Below, in pieces: positions 52,746-64,000 of a DNA stretch of 64,000 nucleotides. The notes beneath the pieces are model-generated. The model had not been told where the DNA came from. It saw only the letters and a list, made by a program, of their open reading frames with translations, and did not search any database. The number at the start of each line of letters is the position of its first letter. Position 1 is the first letter of the stretch. The DNA lies in NCBI RefSeq assembly GCF_009914755.1, contig NC_060935.1. The stretch is one strand, 5' to 3'. The DNA comes from the human T2T-CHM13v2.0 reference genome, Homo sapiens. Made by a program: the position numbers and the translations under genes.

Positions 52746-53569
52746 AAAAATTGAAAATATTAAAGAAGATGATTATCTTTATGCCTACTATGTGCCATTC
52801 ACCATTCTACAGGCTTCATACAGGTAAAATACCTATAATCATGTTTGGCTTTCCTCCTACTACCAGTACTAGCTGTGATAATTCAGCATCAAAGTATTTG
52901 ACCTCTGCTAGGGCTCAGTATACAACTTCTCTAGTCATTTATTAGTGCTTACTGCACACAGAGACCAATAAGAACAAAATTGGGAGGTGGGTTGGTTACA
53001 TGAGCTTCTGAGCCATAAAAGGTTGGCTCCTAGCATTCTTGTTAATTATTTTATATTCTCTGGCCCTCGTTTGTCATATTTGTTTTTCTTATAATACAGA
53101 TATTTTTATAAGTAGACTTAGTGACTAATGGAATTACCTTTCTAAAGGACAGCAAGCCACACACCTATGCCCATTTATCTATTGTTTCCAAGGAGTTGGC
53201 ATCATTTTATATTAAATTGCTAATTGTTATTAATTACCTTGACATTTCTGGGAAGCACATTAATCTTAGCAGAGTCATTTTGTATTTCAGTGGGAGCATC
53301 ACTTGCCTCCCATCAGAAGAAATTTCTTTCTTGAGGGCTATTCATAAATGTGTCATTTATTGTCAATCACCACTTACAGAAATGAAATCTAACATCTGGT
53401 GGAACATTGGTAAGGTCAAATAAGTCAGGGCCAATTTCAGCCCCTTAATATTTAGATCAATCACTCAGTTCCCATGCAGCACCACTACAAAAATGAGAGT
53501 TTTAGAAGAAGGAATAAAGTATCCCACTACTGAATACATAAACAGATATTGATGCTATCAATAAAAATA

Positions 53570-55420
53570 GTAGTACTAATTGCTAATAGGCATTGTCTCT
53601 TGTTATGTGCCTGACAATATAATTAGTGCTTTACACGCACAATCACTTTTAATCTTTACCGTATTTTAATGGAGTGGATGTTGTATTGATTCCATTTTAC
53701 AGATGAGGAAACTGAGCCTTATTATTATTATTATTGATATTATTATTAGCTTGCAAATAAAAATACTGTGACTTGAATCCATGTCAGCTTGATAACAAAA
53801 TCTGAATTAACCACAGATAAGACATGGACCTTGCCACTGAAAAATCTAGAAACTTAATAAAGGAGGTGGTAGACATGTAGATAAACTGGAAGACCAATTG
53901 CAAAATCATATTCAAAAAACTAAGGAACCAATAAAGAATATGGGAATATCTGGGATTTGAGTGAGATTTAGGCATTCCATGTGTTTTGGATTCAAAGCTG
54001 AAGCCATAACTCAGTTTAGTCCTCATTTGCTAATTACCTTAGAAATGGTATTGAAATGTGCCTTGATTTCATTGCTTAAAATATGCATGGATAATATTAT
54101 GTATATGTACCTCATAGTGAGGATAAGATCAGATAAAATAACATTCTTAGAACAACGGCTGCTATGTAATGGGTGTTGTACACATGGTAGTTCTTATTTG
54201 TGCAGCCTAACAATGATGAAAAAAATTGACCAATATGAAAGTAAGAAAATTCCAGGAGGGTACAGTGTGAGTAACTTGGTCAAAGTGTAGTCTATTACGC
54301 ATGTTTGAGGAGGATGTCCAAGAGTGAATTGATTCTAGAGTGCATTAGGATATGTAGAAAGACGTAAGTAGGAAGAAAAATAGTGACTATCTTGGATGGA
54401 ATCTGTGTGTTAGGCGAGGCAACCTCAATTATATTTAATATTTGGAAGTGAACAACTTAAGATTCCCTAGGGTTAATGTGTCATGAACACTGCTATACTA
54501 TCAGAATGTAGGACCAAATGTAATGCATAGATTGGTGCAGAAAAATCTTACGGAGAGAAATTAATTAGGACACTGCTCCAGTAATTCCTAGGAGAGAAGA
54601 ATCTGAGTCATCAGTGAGATTGAAATGAAGGCAGTGTTGGGAGGAGCAGAAAGCCTGGAAGAGGTGTTGAAATATTTGGTAAACTGATTGGATGTGAAGC
54701 AATGGAGACAGAAAGGAGTCAAAGATGACTGAGGTTTAATATATGACTGCTGACTTTGCCTAGAGAAGAACACAATCCTTTACACCAAAACCGTGTTCAC
54801 TTAGCCTTTTTAATGGAGCAGTGATAACATTTAGAATAACGTTCACTGAATACTTACAAGGTACTAGTTCTTCAGACATGTTATCCTATTTTCTTCCTCC
54901 AAAATCATAAAAAGTGATATCTTCTAATTTTAGAAAGGAGAAAACCCTATGGTACAGTAATTTCCTGAAGAACACACAATAGCAAGGCCTGGGTATAGTC
55001 TAGAATTACTTGACTTTAGCACCTAATACTCTTTCAGTTTCTCCACTGTGAATCTCAAAGAAGTGTGGTATTTTAGAGGTGACTCCCTACATGTTTCAGT
55101 GAAAGTCCAGGAAGTAATCCTGAGGACAAAAAAATTTTAAAATGAGCTGAAACTTAAAATGACCTTTCCAGTTTAAGTTCCCGAAAAACATAATTGGCAT
55201 AATTTTAATAATAACTTCTATATTGATATACAACTTTACAATTAAAAATATTATTTATAAGCTCAATGCATTCTTATACTAGTCATGTAAAGTCAACAAG
55301 GCAGGTGCTATTATCAACATTTTATAGGTGATGACAATTGGGTTTGTAGACAGATGACAAATGATATCCAAGGTCATGCATTCAGAAAGTGGTAATACTG
55401 GACTCACATGCCAGTATCCA
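53570..55420. mobile_element. Cluster of MIRs (53570-53790 -, 53990-54200 +, 54830-55030 -, 55280-55420 -) and an L2 (54230-54760 -)
   Basis: CCATTTTACAGATGAGGAAACTGAG, GTACCTCATAG and GGAGTCAAAGATGACTGAGG. Confidence 0.65.
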
Positions 55421-57301
55421 AACCACAACAGTGTTGTGTCATGTATTTCAAATAGTTGTAAATAAAAGAGTGTAACTTACTCTGCCATAAAAAATGGCTA
55501 AAAAAATTAAACTAATGCCAGAAATAACAGATATGTTTGTAAATAGCATTTTAGCAGGAGGCATAAGATGGAAGCACGCTTTAAGACTTTTTTTCTTTTT
55601 ATGTTACATTAGTCAGACTCCTATACAAAACATTCTTGGTACCATTGTTCATTTTCCTTATATAAATACTGTACCTACCTTGGGGAAATTTCCACTTCTC
55701 AATCAACAATCACAATATTTTCAAAACATTGGGCATTCGAAAAGAAGGATAATAATATCTGGTAAGCAGAAAAGAAATGAGATGAGGCTTATTACTGTCC
55801 CAGCTTTATGCCTTAAGAGAGTTGTCAGGCTGCAGGGTAGAAAGAGGAAACTCAAACATAGCCTGGAATACTCCCTGAGTTGAGGAGATGGAAATAAAAA
55901 ATATATGTTTATAGGATAGACTATGGAAGAGGAGAAAGATGAACAGAAAGAGAAACCCAAATGTCTTAGAAAGTAAGCCTCTAAGAACCCTCTAGAATTC
56001 AGTTGAGTACTGATTAGTGCATAAGTATGAAAAAAATACACATATCTGGACAAAAATTACCCAAAAGCTTAACAGAAGCAGTATCTGACACTGACAGAGG
56101 GCCAGGAATAGTGCCAGCTCCCACAAGTCAGAATGGAAAAACCTCAAGATTTATGGGCATTGAGCAGAGTACATAAAAGAGACTTGGCTCAGTAGTAGGG
56201 AGTAATTAGCCGTATAATTATTACTATTCCAGTCCCATCTAAAAATAATAACTGCAAGATGTAAAAGGATAGAACTATTTACAAATTAATCAACTTTGTT
56301 CTAGAACAAAGCTCAAGAGTATTTATGTGAATATGAAAAGTATCAAGCACCAAAAAGGTAAAATGTCTGGCATCCAATTAAAAATTACCGGTCACGAAAA
56401 GAAGCAGGAAAATAAAACCCTTCACGAGTAACTAAATCAATCAGAACTGACACAGATATTAGAATTAAGAGACAAGGGCAGTCAAAGAGCTTTTATAATT
56501 ATATTCCATATGTTCAAAAAGTTAAGAGATATGAATGATTAAAGTAAGCAAAATTAAACTTCTAGTGATGATAACTACAGTGTCTAAGATGGAATGTTGT
56601 ATAGATAAGACTAATGGCAAATTATACATTGCAGAAGAAAAGATTTGTAAACTTGAAGATGCAGCAATAAAACTATTCAAAATAAAACTGAAAGAAAAAG
56701 GAATAATTCAAGCATATCAGCAGAGTATTAGTTAGCTGTGGGACAAATCAAGTAGCCTAATATATATAATTAGAGGCTAGAGTGGGGAGGCTGAAGAGGA
56801 TAAATACTGGAAGACAAAATGGCCCCAAATTATAAACACATAAGTGCAAAAACTAAATGAACCCTACATATTTAGGCAGAAAATAAAAATGATGCCACAT
56901 GAAAATATAAAGCTGTGAAAATGAAAACGTACACTGATTAAGGTAACTACATGGGTAAATTGATAAGACTTATTTCTTACTTAAACTTTTTAAAGGATAT
57001 ATCTTTATTTTAATGAAATAACAAGGCAATGTTGAATTTGTTACACATATGGAAATGAAATATATGACAATACTAAAACAAAGGTCAGGAGGTAAGTAGT
57101 TGAATAATGCGATTGTAAAGCTTTTATGCTTCACGTGAAGTGGTATAATTTTACTTGAAAATAGTCTTTGGTAAGTTAAAGATGCGTACTATAAATCCTA
57201 AAATAGCCAATAAAATAATAAATAAGTATAGCTAATATACCAATATCTTAAACATTAATACATGTAATAACAGAGCTTCAAAGTCCATGAAGCGAAAATG
57301 A

Positions 57302-57401
57302 ATAGAATTGCAAAGTAATTCAGAAATATCTACAATTATAGACAGGTGTATAAGTCTCTGTCTATGATTGTGGATATTTCTGAATTACTTTGCAGTTCTA
57401 T
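57302..57401 (+). other. Near-perfect inverted repeat with 44-bp arms and a 12-nt loop (candidate hairpin RNA or cruciform)
   Basis: 57302-57345 and 57358-57401 are 41/44 Watson-Crick complementary. The three others are T:G on the + strand. Confidence 0.95.
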
Positions 57402-57417
57402 ACTTTTCAATATTTGG

Positions 57418-57463
57418 TGTACAAATAGAGATAATTATCCATGTACAAATAGAGACAATTATC
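57418..57463. repeat. 22-bp direct duplication TGTACAAATAGAGA(T/C)AATTATC
   Basis: Copies at 57418-57439 and 57442-57463, with one mismatch. Confidence 0.92.
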
Positions 57464-58007
57464 AGTTAGGATATTAAAGATTATAACATTATCAACCAAC
57501 TTGGCCTAACTGACATTAATAGAACATAACACTCAAAAGCAACAGAATATACATTGTTTGTATGTTCACATGGGCATGTAGAATATTTCCCAAGATATAT
57601 CATATTCCAGGCCATAAAACAAGACTAAATACATTTAAAATGATTCATGTAATAAAAAGTATGTTACCTGATCACCGTAGAATTAAATTAAAACTCAATA
57701 ATAGCACCCCCCAGTAGAGGCAGACTGACACCTCACACGGCCGGGTACTCCTCTGAGACAAAACTTCCAGAGGAACGATCAGGCAGCAACATTTGCTGTT
57801 CACCAATATCTGCTTGCTGTTCTGCAGCCTCCGCTGCTGATATCCAGGCAAACAGCGTCTGGAGTGGACTTCCAGAAAACTCCAACAGACCTGCAGCTGA
57901 GGGTCCCGACTGTTAGAGGAAAATTAACAAACAGAAAGGACATCCACAACAAAACCCCATATGTACGTCACCATCGTCAAACACCAAAGGTAGATAAAAC
58001 CACAAAG

Positions 58008-59025
58008 ATGAGGAAAAAACAGAGCAGAAAAACTGAAAATTCTAAAAATCACAGCACTTCTCCTCCTCCAAAGGAACACAGCTCCTCACCAGCAATGGAA
58101 CAAAGCTGGACAGAGAATGACTTTGACAAGTTGAGAGAAGAAGGCTTCAGACAACCTAACTATTTCGAGCTAAAGGAGGAAGTTCGAACCCATTGCAAAG
58201 AAGTAAAAAACCTTGAAAAAAGATTAGATGAATGGCTAACTAGAATAACCAATGCAGAGAACTCCTTAAAGGACCTGACAGAGCTGAAAACCACGGCACG
58301 AGAACTACGTGATGAATGCACAAGCCTCAATAGCCGATTCGATCAACTGGAAGAAAGGGTATCAGTGATGGAAGATCAAATGAACGAAATGAAGCGAGAA
58401 GAGAAGTTTAGAGAAAAAAACAATAAAAAGAAACGAACAAAGCCTCCAAGAAATATGGGACTATGTGAAAAGACCAAATCTACATCTGATTTGTGTACCT
58501 TAAAGTGACGGGGAGAATGGAACAAAGTTACAAAACACTCTGCAGGTTATTATCCAGGAGAACTTCCCCAATCTAGCAAGGCAGGCCAACATTCAGATTC
58601 AGGAAATACAGAGAATGCCACAAAGATACTCCTTGAGAAGAGCAACTCCAAGACACATAATTGTCGGATTCACCAAAGTTGAAATGAAGGAAAAAATGTT
58701 AAGGGCAGCCAGAGAGAAAGGTCGGGTTACCCACAAAGGGAAGCCCATCAGACTAATAGCGGATCTCTCGGCAGAAACTCTACAAGCCAGAAGAGAGTGG
58801 GGGCCAATATTCAACATTCTTAAAGAAAAGAATTTTCAACACAGAATTTCGTATCCAGCCAAACTAAGCTTCATAAGTGAAGGAGAAATAAAATACTTTA
58901 CAGACAAGCAAATGCTGAGAGATTTTGTCACAACCAGGCCTGCCCGAAAAGAGCCCCTGAAGGAAGCACTAAACATGGAAAGGAATAACCAGTACCAGCC
59001 ACTGCAAAAACATGCCAAATTGTAA
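58008..59025 (+). pseudogene. L1 ORF1p, disrupted by a frameshift in the A-run near 58415-58425 and a TAA at 58501
   Basis: MRKKQSRKTENSK… in ORF 57864-58508 and MPQRYS…LQKHAKL in ORF 58615-59025. Confidence 0.93.
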
Positions 59026-59088
59026 AGACCATCGAGGCTAGGAAGAAACTGCATCAACTAACAAGCAAAACAACCAGCTAACATCATA

Positions 59089-61985
<2,897 letters not shown>

Positions 61986-62159
61986 TATATCATCCACCTT
62001 CAGTCTTTCACCCTCCACATATTTCTTCCTTCCTTCCTGAAGTTTCTCTTTTTAATTCCAAAGAATAGCTTCTGAAAAGTTGGAGGAAAGCCAAATTTTT
62101 ATTTCATTTTCTCTCTATTGTTACTTCAGGTAGTCATACTCAGAACTAGTGTGGCTAAA

Positions 62160-62450
62160 TGCAGTGAGGATAATATAAGTCTTCGAAGTTAGATGTCAAT
62201 AGGTTCAAGTCCCTGCATTCTCTCTTTGCACGTGTGTGACTTGGAGCAAGTCACTTACTCTCTCTTAACCTCAATTTTCTCATCTGCAAAACCATGGCAA
62301 TTATAGCTTTTCAGTCAATGTAACATATGAAGTGTAGTTAAATAGTACACAATTTGAAGTAAGATTCTTTATCTGCTTGAGCTTCAATTCCCTAATTTAA
62401 AAAATATAGGGAGAATTGTAGATAACGTCTTAAGATAATATAAGCATTAA
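62160..62450 (+). mobile_element. Two MIR fragments
   Basis: GTGTGACTTGGAGCAAGTCACTTACTCTCTCTTAACCTCAATTTTCTCATCTGCAAAA. Confidence 0.75.
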
Positions 62451-63499
62451 ATTTAGATAATGCATGCTAACATTTCTCGTCCTCAATACTAAACATGATA
62501 AATTTTCTTCCCCTTTTTTAGAAAGGGTATTTCTGTTTCTTCTTTGTACAGGAGGTAGAAGTTTACTTCTAACAATGTTAGAATTGAAAATAATCTTAGA
62601 GATAATACAATTTCAAAGCCCTTATTTCCATGAAGATAGAACGCTGAGGTGCAAAAACCCAAAATGTAAGTTGTATGATTCAAGACTGCCTGGAAGTTTG
62701 TGTGCCTCTCAAACCACTGTATTTTTCTGCCACGAACTGTATAAGATTGAGTAGAAATCTCCTTAGGCCTCTAACAGTGCAACTGCTCTATCTGACTCTT
62801 CAGGAAAGATGGCGATCACTAATTCTAGGCTCACTTCATTACTGCTGCTTGCTATGAGAAGCTAGTACTGTCTTCCCTGCTGCTCTCTTGCAGCCTAACT
62901 GTTCAGAGTAATGAGGTCTAACTGGAAGCTCCAAGTTTTTCCTCAGTCATTGTAACTTTTTATGCTTCCTTTGCCTGAACTGCCTTCTGTCAATAGAAAT
63001 CAGGTTGAGAGCCGTCCTTTCCAAGCAGCCCAGCCAAGCTCTGCATTTTTAACATCATTTCACCAGACCTTGAACGGATCTCTGCTTGGGCTGAATAAAT
63101 TGTCAGAATAGAGTTCAAATATGTCACAATTTGATAATAATCAGCTGGAGCTCTCACAGGAGGAGAACAATGAGTTGCCTTTCTACAAATATCTAGGCTG
63201 GGTCTGTAAAGGGCAGGCATTGGCCTTATTTCTCCTTGAGGTGGGATTTGCACGGCCCATAAGGGCCCTTCACTATTTAGAGTTGTACAGCCATCTTCAA
63301 CTGTGCACAACCCAAAGGAAGCAAATCATCTTCTCCTTCAAATGTATTCTTCCTGGATGTCTCAGTACCACCATCTTACCATCCTATGAACACGGAAAGA
63401 AGTGTCAAAGTCTGATAGGCAAATGTGAGGGAAGAAACTTTGCAAGGGAAAGCTAAAGTAAAGTGTGTTCTGTGAACTAACACTGATCTAAGAGTTGAT

Positions 63500-63625
63500 C
63501 TCTTTTAACAATCAAACAGACCTTTGAGATATCATTCCTATTTCACAGATGAGAAAACTGAGGCATAGAGAATTGTGATAACTTGCTGAAAGGCACAGGT
63601 CTGCTAAGAATGGAATTAATTGACT
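63500..63625 (-). mobile_element. MIR
   Basis: CCTATTTCACAGATGAGAAAACTGAGGCATAGAG. Confidence 0.8.
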
Positions 63626-64000
63626 TTACAGCTCATGAATGATCATATAAATCTGTATTTATTGCCAAATATATATTCATTAATATGTATATTAGAAAAA
63701 AAATTAAATACTGTGAAGGACAAATATTAGCATAAAGCTACTTTTGTATTTAAATTATGTCTTTATAAATATGATCACTCTAATATATTTATCATATTAA
63801 CAACGTGACTTACTAACTTTTACCAACTTAATAGTCTACAAACTTGTTTAAGTTTTCTCATCTCCCTTCATTTTCCCCAATTTTAGATTTCTGATTGCTT
63901 AAAACATTCAAAATGATATCAAATAAAGCTCAATACAGACACTAGCAGGGAGGACTATAATACATGATTCGAAATGAAAATTCCTAGTAATTGAGGTAAC

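Larger units (their letters stand above)
55700..57703 (+). mobile_element. L1MC/MD-type host, 5' part: 5'UTR, deleted ORF1, ORF2 endonuclease region
   Basis: Homologous to 9299-11600. EN remnants include ATCAACCAACTTGGCCTAACTGACAT and GGCCATAAAACAAG. Confidence 0.75.

Overview
Human (primate) genomic DNA. It is AT-rich and CpG-poor, and reads as intergenic or deep intronic. A near-consensus AluYa5 with all five diagnostic bases points to human. I see no protein-coding exon, tRNA, rRNA or CRISPR array. The recognisable ORFs in the track are L1 ORF1/ORF2 remnants or Alu/microsatellite read-throughs, and the rest look spurious. The window is a mosaic of L1 (L1PA, L1MA, L1MC/MD/ME), Alu, MIR, L2, MaLR/ERVL/ERV1 solo LTRs and Tigger/MER/MADE DNA transposons, often nested. 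The most notable signals are structural. (1) A 100-nt hairpin at 57302-57401 has 44-bp arms, is fully paired on the + strand, and sits inside an old L1. It looks made by a replication template switch and is pri-miRNA-like. (2) A tail-less, TSD-less, doubly truncated L1PA at 57704-61229 replaces about 0.7 kb of an older L1, which is the pattern of an endonuclease-independent insertion. (3) There are three twin-primed (5'-inverted) L1s. (4) One L1M has ORF1 but no ORF2. (5) A perfect (GGAA)14 tract grew from an Alu tail. Subfamily names come from remembered consensus sequences, and boundaries of old repeats are approximate. I cannot identify the locus.
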